DNA from: Seison nebaliae
Taxonomy: Eukaryota
DNA: 34,476 nucleotides
Direction of reading: 5' to 3'
Assembly: GCA_023231475.1 (NCBI GenBank)
Contig: JALJEE010002055.1
Span: 62,001 to 96,476, forward strand
Shown: in pieces, positions 1-13,376 of the stretch
Numbering within the stretch: the first letter of the stretch is position 1
Layout of the letters: each line of letters begins with the position of its first letter
Position numbers and translations under genes: made by a program
Notes under the pieces: model-generated
Database searches by the model: none
The model's input: only the letters and a program-made list of their open reading frames with translations
What the model was told of the DNA's origin: nothing

Positions 1-2095
1 GATAATTTCTTTTCTTCTCAATTTCATTCTCGTCCTCTCTGACACCTCACATAATTGTGATGTGAGTAAAGAGATGCGTGATGAATGCGACATGAAAACG
101 AAGTGCAACGTTCCTTACGAACAATTATTCCAACAATCTCAATTATGTGGACGTGAATTACAAATAATTATGGCATGTGTGGCTAAATTGCCGAACGCGA
201 GTGGACTCGCCAATTTGTTGGAGCAGATTTTCGCCAAGTTTTCCGACGCCAAACATGCAGTTGTCTGTCCGAAACAAAAAGCGAAATTGTCGTGTAATCG
301 AGGACGAATTCTTCAAGTTCATTATGGTATTATCGGTTATCCACCATCGCAACATGCCATGACGAAATGTAATGATCAGGAAGGATTACGAGAATTGGCC
401 CAAACCAGTTTCGAGAGTGGTTACAAATACAAAGGAAAAGAACATTGTTACATTACCATCTCCCCTCAATTGTTGGGTGGTCAATGTAACGGGAAGAGGA
501 CGTGTCTCATCAACGCAAAGGAATTGGTGGGCGACTTAGCGAAGAAATGTACAACGAAGAAACTTTATGTGGAATTGGTTTACTCGTGTCTCGACAAGGA
601 GAAGGAGAAAGGACGTGAACGAATCATTCCCGCTGTGGCTTGTGATGGTATTCCCGCCATCTTAACATGTCCTCGAACCACCGTCATCAATGTTATCCAT
701 CGTGCCATTTATGGTATCACAATGCCACCAGCCGTCGTCTGTCCTGCTCAAATGTTCCTTCCTCGTACCAGATTGGCAAATCCGCCAATGTCACCATATA
801 TCAATCATATGTATCAGCCTGCTCCTCCACCACCACCACCATCAGCACCTCGTTCTGCATATCCGGTTTATGGTAAACGAGCACGAGCACCAACTTATGG
901 CGGTCAAGCACAAGCCCCACGTTATATTCGACAACAACAACCGCAACAATCTCAACCATCATATGGACAACAACAACGATCACCATCGTCGACTTATCAA
1001 AGAAAATCGAATTCTCCAACTTATCAACAACAACAACAACGATCACCATCACAATATGGACAACGATCACAATCACAATATGGTCAACAACGACAACGAT
1101 CACAATCACAATATAGTCAACAACGACAACGACCACAATATGGTCAACGATCACCATCTCAATACGGTCAACAACGACAACGAGCACAATATGGTCAGCA
1201 ATCGGATAATATGATTCCAAGTAAATATCAGTCAGTGAATGTGATTAATCAATCGCCACGACAAACATATTCATCAGTAATGCAAAGTTCTTTAAGTAGT
1301 AACGGACGATATCGTAAGAAACGACAAGTGGAACGATTGTTGTCTTTGGTGAGTGGAACGATCAGTCGATCGGAAGATTATCCAATTTCGAAAATTCCTC
1401 CTGGTGCCGGTTTCCTCCATTATTATGATGGAACGAATCATACGGGTGAACATCGACATCCATTACGACGTCTTCGAGTGATCTGTGGATCGAAATTAGT
1501 CTACAATTATGTCATGCATCAATGTCTTGGAAAGAACACGTGTATGATGTTCCCACATCCGGGTCTCTTGGGCTCACCATGTAAAGGCGCGTTCGCCGGC
1601 AATCAATTTTATGTTGAGTATTCGTGTACTAAACGAGATCATAAAGACGGTCGTTCACATCAACATTATTTCGATCATTATTCATTCGGACGAAAACGAG
1701 AAAATTTTGACGATTTTGATGACGAAGATGATCATTATCATCATGACGATAATGACGATAATGACGATGATGATGATAAAGACGACGATGATTATATTGT
1801 TTATGGTGAAGATGGAGAAGAGACTCCTAAACGATATGGACGTCGATTCCCTGGTCGATTCCCAGGAATGTTTCCAGGAGCTAGTGCGTTTCCAGGTGCG
1901 ATGGGTGGTCTTCCCGGTATGATGGGCGGTCATCCCGGTATGATGGGTGGTATGATGGGTGGAATGATGGCTGGACCACCAGCAGGTTATGGGGCGTGGG
2001 GTTATTCCGGTTATCCAGCTCCCTTAAGTGGTAGACAAGCGAAACAGATGGATAATAAACCATATATTCCCGCTCATTCTTACGAGAAATATTAA
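1..2095 (+). CDS. Secreted protein with two SUEL (galactose/rhamnose-binding) lectin-like domains and P/Q/S/Y-, D- and G/M-rich low-complexity blocks; 5'-truncated by the window edge
   Basis: The frame is open from base 2 (IISFLLNFILVLSD..., signal-peptide-like), so the true start lies at or beyond the edge. A SUEL-like Cys pattern occurs twice: VCPKQKAKLSC..YG..C..C..QCNGKRTC..C..YVELVYSC and ACDGIPAILTC..AIYG..C...C..QCLGKNTC..PC..YVEYSC. Stop TAA at 2093-2095. Confidence 0.8.
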   Translation, partial: IISFLLNFILVLSDTSHNCDVSKEMRDECDMKTKCNVPYEQLFQQSQLCGRELQIIMACVAKLPNASGLANLLEQIFAKFSDAKHAVVCPKQKAKLSCNRGRILQVHYGIIGYPPSQHAMTKCNDQEGLRELAQTSFESGYKYKGKEHCYITISPQLLGGQCNGKRTCLINAKELVGDLAKKCTTKKLYVELVYSCLDKEKEKGRERIIPAVACDGIPAILTCPRTTVINVIHRAIYGITMPPAVVCPAQMFLPRTRLANPPMSPYINHMYQPAPPPPPPSAPRSAYPVYGKRARAPTYGGQAQAPRYIRQQQPQQSQPSYGQQQRSPSSTYQRKSNSPTYQQQQQRSPSQYGQRSQSQYGQQRQRSQSQYSQQRQRPQYGQRSPSQYGQQRQRAQYGQQSDNMIPSKYQSVNVINQSPRQTYSSVMQSSLSSNGRYRKKRQVERLLSLVSGTISRSEDYPISKIPPGAGFLHYYDGTNHTGEHRHPLRRLRVICGSKLVYNYVMHQCLGKNTCMMFPHPGLLGSPCKGAFAGNQFYVEYSCTKRDHKDGRSHQHYFDHYSFGRKRENFDDFDDEDDHYHHDDNDDNDDDDDKDDDDYIVYGEDGEETPKRYGRRFPGRFPGMFPGASAFPGAMGGLPGMMGGHPGMMGGMMGGMMAGPPAGYGAWGYSGYPAPLSGRQAKQMDNKPYIPAHSYEKY
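925..1200 (+). repeat. Coding imperfect tandem repeat (QQRSPSQYG / QRSQSQYG units)
   Basis: Repeated CAACAACGATCACCATC and CAATATGGTCAA units; these also create the spurious overlapping ORFs in the track. Confidence 0.85.
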
Positions 2096-2279
2096 GCATG
2101 AAAATTCCAATTTTTTATTTCCTCTAGTTTTTTTAGTTTATGCGATATTTTCCCTCAACTTGATCTATTAAAGAATAATTTATATTTCTCGTTTCTTATT
2201 TTATTTTAATTAAAATTTAATTAAAATGAAAATTTTATTTTGAAATTCTCTCAATTCCAAATTATCAGAAGAATAAGAA

Positions 2280-5200
2280 TTATAAAGAGGCGCCTTTATA
2301 TCGTCGGATGATTTTGGAGGATGGTGAACTTCCGTTCTTCGCTTTCATCGACGTTATATAAGAGAATATGACGGCCGTCTTATAAAGTCGGAGACATTGT
2401 TCGTTACATTTATAATGTATCATCGATTGATGGTCGACAATTCGCCCAAGAATATATTTCCTAAAACATAAAATATATTTGAAAATTTTCAAAAATATGA
2501 ACTTGTTCTGTTTATTGTCGAATAAGGACCAGAATGTGTATCCATTGGATGATAACAATCTCGTATGTAAACGAGACATGATACGATAAATGCGAACCGA
2601 TGCCAAATTCTTCGTCTGATAAACGGTTTCCAGTATCTCTCGTACATTTTGACGAACGATATTAAAAATATCTTTCCTCTTCCCATCATTCAATATGCTG
2701 ATCCAATAATATCGGACATTATCCTTCAACATCTTCCACGTACTGAGGAACTGGAAGAAAAATTTAAAAAATTCAAATTGGAAAAAAACGAACTTTTAAT
2801 AATGATTCATCTGATTGTTCGACATTCTTGTTGGGTAATTTCAGTCTCATTTCGCAAAGTGAAGCGAGCGACACATTCAACAATTTCGTTTCTACGTCAT
2901 TATTCGGTTCGTTCAAGAGAGCATTGACCGGAGTTTCGGGATATTGAACTTTCCGTACCATATCGACCACTTCTGAGCTAATGCGGAAATCGTTCCAATA
3001 AGTCGCATCATCCGGCATCACATCAACATACGGTTTCCGATTGATGAGTGTGGGCGATTGTTTAATCACTGAACATGCTAACGGCGTAACGGTATGGGAA
3101 CGATCGATCACCATTAAATTTTTCTGAATTTGATCAATATCATTCCGCTGATCATTCTCGTTCAATGGAAGACGAATCGATTTCTTTAATTTTTGTTTTC
3201 CTGTAATCTTATGCGATTTCCCATTCGATCGACATTCGTTTAGGCCTTCTGCTAACGCTTCTTCTTCCCGTTCCGTCAATACCGTTAACCGGTGACTACT
3301 ATTCGGTTCCATACTACGATGTTCCGCTCCCAATTGTGCGATGGATGGATAATTTTTAGTTTGTTTCAATAATCGATTCATAATTTGATGATCATCATCC
3401 TCATTCGGTTTAGGCGAGAAAGAAACGTCTCGCATACTAACATCGTAATTCTCGTCCATTATTCGATCGGTATATCCGTTACCATTAATATCGTTATGAT
3501 TATCGTCGTCGTCTTGAGATGATTCGGAATCGGAGAGAGTTTCAAATATCTCCGTTAATTTCTCTTGTTGCTCCTTCTCGACGACCTCCCAGAAATTCTT
3601 TCCATAACTATAATCATCTTCTCGACTGGCAATCTAATTAAAAAATTTAAATAATTTAAATAATTTAAAGAATTTTAAAAAACATTTTTTAATTTTCTCT
3701 CATCGAATTTATCGGAGGATAAATTTGAATCGATAATTTCAATGCGAACACATTTCGCCAATTCTCCAATCAATTCGCCTTCAGCAGGCGAGTCGAATTT
3801 CGAGAAGAAACTATGTGATGACAATAATCCGATGTTGGAGGTTGTGAGGAAAAGTTGGAAACATTTCTCCAAAATGCAACGCAATTTCGCTACACGGAAT
3901 TTGTCGTGACAAGGAAAGAGACAAGTGAAATTACCACAATTTCTATTTTCGTAATCCAATTGATCATTTTCCAGTCGTTTCAACTTCAAATTGGAGATCA
4001 ATTCCTCTCGTCTCTGAATCGTCTCCTTTAATCTCAATGACGATTTGACTGATAAGGAACTGTCTTTGGTCGGACGCATTTGCCGATTGCTGATGAGGAG
4101 ACGTTTCCTCGTATTCTCTTTCTGTGTTTGTCGACATTTCATTTTGTCCAATTTTCTAAAAAACAAAAATTATTAAAATGCTCAATATAAATTTGAAATA
4201 AAATTATTAACCGAATACGTAAAAGACGGAAACAATCTCTCAATAAACAGAATTTTATTTCTCGATCGATCTTTTCTGCCGTTCCAAATGACGGCGATCG
4301 ATTCACTTCTAATAGCCACGGATTGAGATCTTCGTCCAACAATATGTCAAATCCCAAAATCTCGAAACAAACACTATCAATCATCGTGGTCTTGTGTGGT
4401 CGACATATTTTGTACGCACTATACAAATAAGGTTGAGCGATAAATATGGTTTTTAATACGACATTCTGATAATGAATAATGAAAAATGTGAGGGAGAATG
4501 AAAAGAAGAAAATGGAACTTGAATTCGTGTCCATACGAATGATGGATCGATGTCATTATTTTTCAAATATTCGAACAGGTATAAAAGTGATCTCTTATTA
4601 CCACAATCGAATGCATCGTCTTTGTTGTAGTTCTCATGATTCTTATTCACCGAATAATTAGTTAGATGCATAAAGAGATTATTCTAATTTGAAAATGATA
4701 ATGAGAGAGAAGGAAAGAAAGAATTCGAACGATATTGCGAGATGTTGGTCGTTCATACGGTTCCGTACTAATTCTCACCAGACCTTGATTATAAATGAAA
4801 ATCTTCAACGGATCACAACAAGTGATGAGACAATAAATTCGAATGTCAAATTTATGTCCTTCGATTAATAAGGGTTTGTCGATGTATTCCTGGACGATCT
4901 GGTTGCCACCACCTCCAGTATTGGCCACCGTTTCATAACGGTAATGAAGATGGATACCGTTGCCCATGGAACCGTTGGCTGGTTTGACGATGAAGGACAA
5001 CGAGTTCTTCTTATAAGTCGTTGCGTATTGTTGGAAGGAGTTGAATTCGTTGGGCAATGTCCAACTACGCGGGAAATAATTGTAGTCGTCGGGAAGATAT
5101 TTGGCTAATCTAATTAAAATTTTTAAATTTTAAAATTAATTTTATAAATGAAAGTAAATATGTTAATGGAACTTGGTGATGTTGCGACAGAGGAAATCCT

Positions 5201-5558
5201 TTCGAGAGATTTCATTCATTCGAAAGAAATGATTAATCCATTGATATGGTTTGAGGTCGACAATCATCTCTTGACTTATACTACCATCAGTCCATATGAG
5301 ATTACTGAGAGAGAGAAAGTTAATTGGAAGAAGACTTGGAAGAATTTAGAATTGAACCTTTCACTCGCCGTCTGATCGTCAGTGGACAAGTGGAATTTCA
5401 ATAATTTTAAAACATATTTGACTGTGAATGAAGAGAATGTGAATGATGATGAGTTTCGAGAGAGGAGGAGGTAGAAGAGAACCGATACCCGATTTGCTGC
5501 CTATTAGACATGCCGTTAATTGTTCCGATCGTTCGTTATCGTTTTTCTGCTTTTCCAT
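2280..5558 (-). CDS. TTLL7: Tubulin polyglutamylase TTLL7-like (~934 aa, 10 exons)
   Basis: Exons 5558-5489, 5421-5358, 5304-5173, 5109-4731, 4683-4519, 4465-4212, 4155-3684, 3633-2794, 2750-2503 and 2460-2280 join in phase through GT-AG introns. Motifs INHF..M.EI.RKDFL, FIVKPANGSMGNGI, QEYIDKP, KFDIRIY, MHLTNYSVNK and CFEILGFDILLD..L.PWLLEVNRSPSFGT match the TTL family, TTLL7-type. The last intron (2502-2461) is in-frame and less certain. Confidence 0.9.
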
Positions 5559-7789
5559 TTGAGTGATGGATGCGGAATAAATGTTATTTTCTAAACGAGA
5601 TCGTTGACCTTTGTCGAAGGAGGACGAAGAGGAGGAGTAGGGGAAAATGGAAGAGAAATAAACGAGAGATCTTATTCAATACTAACGACGACGATTATTA
5701 CATGTACTTGTGTCCTTCGTCGATCTCGCGAATGATGAGGTTGATCGCGTATAAGCCGAATGATTGGCTATGGTGGTCATTCTGTCGAATGTTGGGATAA
5801 TTTCGTCTAGAGACGAAATGAGAGTACGTAGATGAGTTGGCGAGTTGTCGAGTGGTGCAACCGACAAGAAGAAGTTCTACGTTTAATTAAAGTAAATTGA
5901 TCTAGACATTCTCCTTTATTAGAAATGTCTTGGGGATGGTGTTGAGGAGGGGAAAGAGAAGGAGGAAAAGGAGGACGGATATTTTTTCTTTTTATTAGAT
6001 CTATGAGAAAAAAAACTAAAAGAAAAAGTAAAATTTCAATGTGGAATAACATCATGTGGGTCGTGTGATATATGAAGGAGAATTGAGAAAAAACGAATTG
6101 GAATGGAATTTCAATTTTTTTTAAAGAAGTTTCCTCATTAAATATTTGATGATCTTAATAATGATTTAATATCACATATTTATATGTTCGTGCTACATCT
6201 CTGATATGGCAATCCAGTAATAAATCATCGGGAGATGGAAAAGAGAAAGAATGTCAATTTTAATTATCGATTAATCCACTACCGGAGTGAAAGTAAAACA
6301 AATGTTACGGGAATCGCCTCAACTCACATTTCCTGGTCGATCTCCAACTGGATTAGGTCAATTCAACTCAGAAAACTTGACAACTACTTCTCTCCCAACA
6401 ACAACAATGAGGAGGAGAGAGAATATGGTGATCGAAAGCAAATAGATTCCTTCCAACTTTCCAGCAAACATCGACAAGGTCAATGAGAATCAGAAAAAAG
6501 ACCTTTGCAAACTATTATCAAATTGAAGTTACTCAATTAATGCTTCGTCCATTCCACAACCGATTGGGCTGCGATTGAACGAGACAAACACGGAACACAA
6601 ATAATTACACGAACATTACACTTTCTGCCCACACCAACCTCGAATGACACTTACATCGATTCGAAAGTTAATGGAACTAGTCCACATACACAATGGGAAG
6701 AATCGAACGGGAGAATGGAAGGAGAATGAAAGTTTGGAAACAAATCTTACAAACAACTCCACCATACAACACAAATCAACAATTGTTCATTGGAGCAAAT
6801 GAAAAGAATTTCAGGTGTTTTCTTTCTTCGCACAACATTTCCCGTAAGAAAGTACAAGTAAGTAAGTGAGTTGAGTGAGTAGAAGTAAGTCGAAAGTCCT
6901 TTTTATGTCTCACATCATATATGGGAGAATCGATTAACTGAATATTTGTTGGAAAAGTACTCATTCACTTAACAACACCTCTCCACACACACAGACACAT
7001 AACACAACACAACACAATAAAACACAACAAACACACAATATGAGTCATTCGCTGAACAGATTTTGAGAGTCCGCGCACAAATCTCGTTGACATTTCCCAT
7101 TTATTTACGTGAAAAAATTGAAATGATTTATCGTCGTTTTTAATCATTCTTAACTTAACGATCGATTCCTCCTCATGAGTGTGAACGGTCGAAGAATGGA
7201 AATTTGAAATATCAGATGGAAATCATTTAAAATGAACTCGAATAGAATCTCATTAATATTGATGATAAAATATTGGGATATTGGGAGGAATCTTTCTCGA
7301 ATGTTTTCCACGAGTTCGATCGACTTCCGAATGAAATGCGGAGAACTAGCGACCGGATTATTGATTCGGACACTCTCCCCGTTATTAGAGAGAATTTGAA
7401 GAAAGAAATTAAAGAAATAAAATTTCCTTTAAGATTTTTCTTTCCTTTTCCTTCTGGGGTATCGAAAACAGGAGAAATAGAATGAGAATTGTTACAATTC
7501 CAATCATTTCAATCGTTTATTGGCTTCATTAACAAAAACTTCTCTCTCTGCCCTCTCAACACATATCAATGACGTGTGAGGCCGAGGTAAACAAATGAGA
7601 GTTTTCACAAACAATTTTTCCTCTTCTGTTTTCTTCATAAACTCACGAAATATTATGGATTGTTTATTAAATTAAAGTAGAAATCGCAACTATAAAAATT
7701 GTGTAATATGTGTAGTGTGTGTAGTGTGTGTGTGTGTGTAGGACACAATAAGTCGGTGATAGAAAAATAGAAATTCTCTAGAGAAAAAT

Positions 7790-10700
7790 TTAAATGAGTT
7801 GATTATAATCAAGTCGTTTCGTTTTCATCACTGTTTCTTCCACTAAATTCCCATCGAATGTTCCATTTGTTAGTCGTTCTGTTTTAATTGTTTTCTTTGT
7901 CGTTGTCATTCCATCTCTCATTGACGGCGATGACACCAACACTTTCGATGTCTTACACCAATTCCTCAAGAATTTCGTTTTTTCCTGTCGTGATCTGATC
8001 ACATAAAGTCGTTTGAAATCGTTTTTTGGTGTGCCGAGTGGTGAGCAGGTGCGCTGAACCGTTTCCACCGTATCTGACGTGGTCGGTGTTCGATTTCGTA
8101 ATTTGAGGAGATTATCCATCATATTCTCTTCCAAATTAACGAGTAGTAATTGGTCGGCTGATCGGAACCAGATATGAATTTGATTCTCTTTTAATTTGAT
8201 TGCGAACATGTCCACCGGACTGCCCATCAATTGACTATGGAGAATCTCGTCGGTGATGATATTCTGATGAATGTGATCGATGTTAATTAATCGGAAACTG
8301 AAAATCTCGCCGTCATCTTCATTCTCGCCTTTCATAAAGAGAAGTTTCCACAATTTCTTCGTTTCTTGAACACATAACACTCGTTCCGCTTCATTCACTT
8401 TACAAATCAGTTTCTTTCTGATTAGTCGTTCCCTACTGAATGTTACATGAAAGAGAGCGGCATTCGTCTCTAGAATTGCCGAATAGAACATGCTCTTTCC
8501 AATTCCGTTCTTAATGATGTTCATCGTTCGAAAAATCGTCTCATCCAACATCGATATGGTCGCGACCAATGTCATACAAGTTCCACTGACTATGCACAAT
8601 TTCAACAATTTCTGCCCACTCACCTTCACAATCACCAATAATTCCTCCTCATCATTTTCTAGTCGCACCAATTCCACACTACTCATCCGTTCCTTCAAAT
8701 CGTGAATCGCGTCATGTTCGATATCGTACACAACTGTTCCATCGAGAAGCTTGAGGAAAACTATTCCGTTTATGACGACAGTGAAATAAATTTTCAAACA
8801 TTCCAATTGAATTGCACACACAATTGTGTTACAACACAATTTCGATTGATCGCACAATAATTCCTCGTCAAATTTTTCAATTGTGAATTTGGCGATATCG
8901 ATGTGGAGATAAGTGACGAGATTTTGTGGCGATTTCCCGACAATTCGAATGGCATGTTCCGTTATGAAATAATTTCCGTCATTCACATCAATTCCTTCGA
9001 TGACTTTCATATCGAGTGTGAAAATTCGATGTTCGATAATTTGAAATTTGTGCACGTGAAGTTGCCCACCCAATTTGAGTAGGAGCCATTTCTGTTCGAA
9101 ATTGCCACTGATTAAATTTCCCCGAATTGTCGTTCGATTATCGACAAGAAATAAATTTTCTATTCCTTTCCCCTCGTTAAGAGAGAAGAGAACTGATTGA
9201 GATAAATTTTCACTTCGTTCCAGAACGAAATAATTATCTGTTAACGGAATAATTTTTCCATTCATCAATGGTAGATCAGTCAATTTAGAAATTGTCAAAT
9301 GACCATTGAAATCGAAAAGAAATTGATGAGACGAAAAAAATTGTAAATGAGTAAAATTATTTGAAATAAATAATTCATTTGTGATGATGACATCGTTGTG
9401 TGATGGAAGGAATTTATAAGAGAGGACAATTACTTCCTCCTCTTCTTTTTTCTCTTTAATTAAATAAAAATAATTCTCATTCGAATCGAATAGACATCGA
9501 TCAATTTGAATTTGATGATCCAAAATCAATTTTTTAAAAATGTGCCAATGATGTTGTCGATGGAAATGATAGATGAACAGTTCCTTCTCCTTGATCATGA
9601 ACAATCGTTTACCGATGAATTTGCCGTTGAGGTATTTCGTATTCAAATCCATTGTCACCGTTTTGAGACATTTGTTCGATTTCATCGACAACGTCGAAAC
9701 GACAAGAAAGAAAACGTCCTGTCGTTTCATCAATATTGACAATCTGGCGGGACCGAATGAATTTCCATCATTCTCCGAATGGAAACATACGTCAACGGGT
9801 GTTTGTCTAAGGAAATTCCGTTTTAAAACGATTTCCATCAACGACCAATTTTTGAGGAAAATGAAAAATGTTCGTGATTGATGAAGAAAGATCAATATTT
9901 TCTCATTAATCTGATAATAAATTGGAGTGATATGAAATTGACTTATCGAATTAATTTTAAAATATTTTTCTACGTCTTCATATTTCATTATCTCATTATC
10001 GTTTGATGGAAAATTTAAACAATTTCCATTTTCCATCATTTCTAATCGATATCGTTCCTCATATCTCAGATTGGCATGACGTGCACGTTTGAGAAAAATC
10101 TCCTCTTCCTCTTCGAATGGTGGAGTGAAAGTCAACGAGATGGAAATTGGATATTTTGATTGTCTCAAATTTTTCAAACGAACGCGAAAAATTTTGTTTG
10201 AAATTTCATTGAAGAAAAGAAAATATTCTTCTCTCGTCCAATTACCGTTGAATATGGGGATGATTTTAGTACTTGTAATATTCTCGTTCTGTCCAACACA
10301 AATACAATTTTCCCAATTTTCCCAGTCGTCCAAAAGGAAAGTTCCGTTCAATGATGTGACGAGTAAAAGATTTCGAGATTGGATGTGATAAATATTTTTG
10401 AAATTATCGTTAAAGAAAGTGAGAACATTCCCATATAATCGATCCAATCGATCAATATGAATGAAATGATCAGTATTAAAATATTTCGAAATTTCATTAA
10501 CATCATTCGATGTCTTCTCAACGAAACCATACAAGATGATTCTGATAATTCGACAAATCATCTTCCTCTCCAATTCTTCGTAGACGAAAGAAAGAATAAA
10601 ATTGATTTGATGAAGGAATTGCATAGAAGAACGAACATTAAATTCATAAGAACGGAAAACATAAAACGAATTGATGAGATGTCGATGAGACAAAGCGAAT

Positions 10701-12239
10701 TTTTTTCCTGCTTCAATCTCATTACAAATGAGACATAATTGAATAATATTCTGATGGAATGCTTTCACTTGATCATCATTGGGATCCACTTTCCTCAAAT
10801 AATTTATCAAACGATGTCCTGATCGTATAATTCGAGTGGGATATAATTCCATCAATTCTTCTAATAATAACGGATTTATTCCAGTAATAACATTCCATTT
10901 TCTCACTCTCTTCTTCTCCATGATATCTGATGACAATAAATAATCGATGAGATCATCATTGAAATAATTGGATAAATAATTTTTTAAAAATTCTTCACTC
11001 AATTCCGTTTCTATGACAAGCAGTGGTAAAATATAAATGAGACATCGAATGATGGTATTGTCAATAGAATTGGTGGATGGATTAAGGAAATCGCATGAAT
11101 ATCTCATCAACATCGAATTTGAGGAACGATCGACAAATGAAATTAATTCATGAGATTTCTTATTTTCAATCGATCTCATCCGATCGAATTGACTAGAGAC
11201 ACAATTAAATTTTAATTTCGACAAATCAAACCCCAACAATTGCCAATGACAAATTTGACCGATTAATTTCAATTTCTCTTCAACATCTTTCGGTCGCCAA
11301 TTGAGTACGGAGAGACAAAAAATACAATTTTTTCCTTCCATCCCAAAAAGTTGTTTGGAGAATTGTGATCGTAATCGAAGGAAAAATTTCTTCGTCAAAT
11401 TCTCCAATTGAATTCGACTGGTAATTTTGATGAAAATTATTCCATTAAAATTATTATCATATTCTCCTCCATTTTCTTCTTCTTTTTCTTCTTCTTCGTC
11501 ATATATGATTGAGTCATCGATTGAAATATTTCGAATTCCAGTAATGTAATTGATATGAGTGATGGTTTGGAATTGACGGAAAAAATTCAAATAAATATGA
11601 TGGTCGTCAATTTGGTCGGTGGGAATTGTGAGTCCGATAAATGTCAAACGATTCTTATCCAATTTGTGAATGTTCCAATTCAATTTCTCTTCTTTCATTT
11701 CCGTTTCTATCGATTTGTGATGGTGAAGTGGATCGAATGTCTCATAATCGTCGAGATGGAAAAAATTGAAATTTTTCCTCTTCTCATTCAATTGTTGGAC
11801 GATGGATTGAAGTAATTGATCATGATGTAAATATAATATCGTCCGAATTAAACTTTCCCACACAGAACCTGATGTGAAGGATGTGATGAAATCGAGAAGA
11901 CTCTTCTTTTTTTCGTTAATTGGCAACGAATCGAAATAGAGAAACTCCTCTAATTTCAAACAATTATTGCTCACGAGATGATCTAATAAAATATCAAATT
12001 CAATTAATCTCATCAATCGCTTCCTCAATCCTTTCACCAACTCCAATTTATCGGGCAGACTAATGTCATTCGTCAATGCCGCCTCCAATAAGAATTCATG
12101 TCTCTCCATTTGTAAATGTAATTTTAAGTTTTCTTCTTTCAACGTCCGATAGTTGTGGACATGTGAAAGAATTACCTGTAATTTCCTCTTAAAATTTTCA
12201 AGCTTAAATTCAAAAAATTACATTTATCTTCTTCAACAT
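7790..12239 (-). CDS. Large protein with N-terminal CARD/death-fold-like domain and probable C-terminal beta-propeller region (divergent Apaf-1/Dark-like?)
   Basis: 1450-aa ORF, extendable by a short first exon 12239-12222 (MLKKIN) and intron 12221-12176. The N-terminus LRKRLMRLIEFDILLDHLVSNNCLKLEE...KKKSLLDFI...WESLIRTI...HDQLLQSI resembles a CARD helix pattern, and the C-terminal half is rich in beta-strand-like segments. The CDS is secure; the family call is tentative. Confidence 0.55.
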
Positions 12240-12582
12240 TGTCGCGAATTAAATTAATCCGAATGTTGTTTGAGAAGAGAAATTAATACAAATTTTAAGC
12301 GTTGTCTCATCATCATCGTTGCAGGACGGGGTGTACGATGTTGAGGGCAAGAAGGGATTGCGAAAGAGTTATTGGATTTACTTTTTGCAATAAATTTCTT
12401 TTCTCGTTACCTCGTTCAAATGGAGCTTATGATTTGGAAGTTATTTTCATTATAATGTCCATAGGAGATGATGTTGATGGATTTATTATTTCCTTCTCGT
12501 TTGTCTCATTAGTATTTCATTGTCCAGTCGACGAACACCAAACACATTTCATTCAACTTACTCAATACATTTCTGAAATACG

Positions 12583-13376
12583 ATGAGTGATCGTTCCGGC
12601 AGTTATGAAGAGGATTCCGGTGTTCGTTCTTATCGAGGTCGTGATGGTTCCTTTGATGATGTGAAAAGATCGAAAGAAGTTTATTCCATTTAATTCTATT
12701 CAATTTAATTTAATTTCATCTTTCATCGTTTTTTCAGGATAGAAGTTATCGACATCGAACATCAAGAGATGATAAATCACCTCGTCATCATCGTAATGAC
12801 GATTATCGGAATCATCGACCATCTCCAATACGTTATAATCGTGACCGACGAAATCGTTCACCTGATTATCGTCGGAATCATGGTGATCGATCACCATACG
12901 AATATCGTCATCGACACTCACCACCAGATTCGCGACGTCGATATCATGATGAGTTAATTTAAATTTTTAAATTTTCAAAAAAAATTTCTCATTATAAATA
13001 ATATAGTGAAGGATTCAGATTGCATATCGGTGATTTGGCTGCTGATATTGATAAGAAACGATTGGAAAAGGATTTCAAACGGTTTGGAACGATAACAGAA
13101 GTTTGGGTGGCTGAACATCCGCCTTGTTTCGCCATCGTCGTCTATCAGGAACGAGTTGAAGCGGAAGAAGCGATCAGAGAGATGAATGGGAAATATTTAA
13201 GTGACAGTCGTATTCGAGTTACATGGGCACGTCCCAGAACCAGAGGACGACGAGTAAATCGTTGGGATCCCAACAGCAAATGTTATCATTGTGGAAGTAC
13301 GGGTCATTTCGCCCGCGATTGTCAACGGGAGAAAGATGTTAGTAAGTTTTTTCAATTATTTAAATTATCGTCGTGA
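12583..13376 (+). CDS. SRSF3/SRSF7-like splicing factor (R/S/D/H-rich region, RRM, CCHC zinc knuckle)
   Basis: Exons 12583-12678, 12738-12952 and 13007-13376. An alternative end uses the donor at 13338 and an exon at 13529-13561. RRM: LHIGDL...FGTITEVWVAEHPPCFAIV...IRVTWAR (cf. SRSF3/7 VWVARNPPGFAFV). Zinc knuckle: CYHCGSTGHFARDC. Confidence 0.8.

Noticed and set aside
667..2099. Overlapping ORFs rich in N/H/D or V/I/M (690-1214, 801-1220, 1611-1922, etc.)
   Set aside because: They are shadow frames of CAA/GAT-type coding repeats in the lectin gene.
5560..7780. Short ORFs and CA/GT-rich stretches between TTLL7 and the CARD-like gene (also 13600-14500)
   Set aside because: I could not build a phase-consistent exon chain or recognise a motif; probably UTR or regulatory DNA, though a small gene cannot be excluded.
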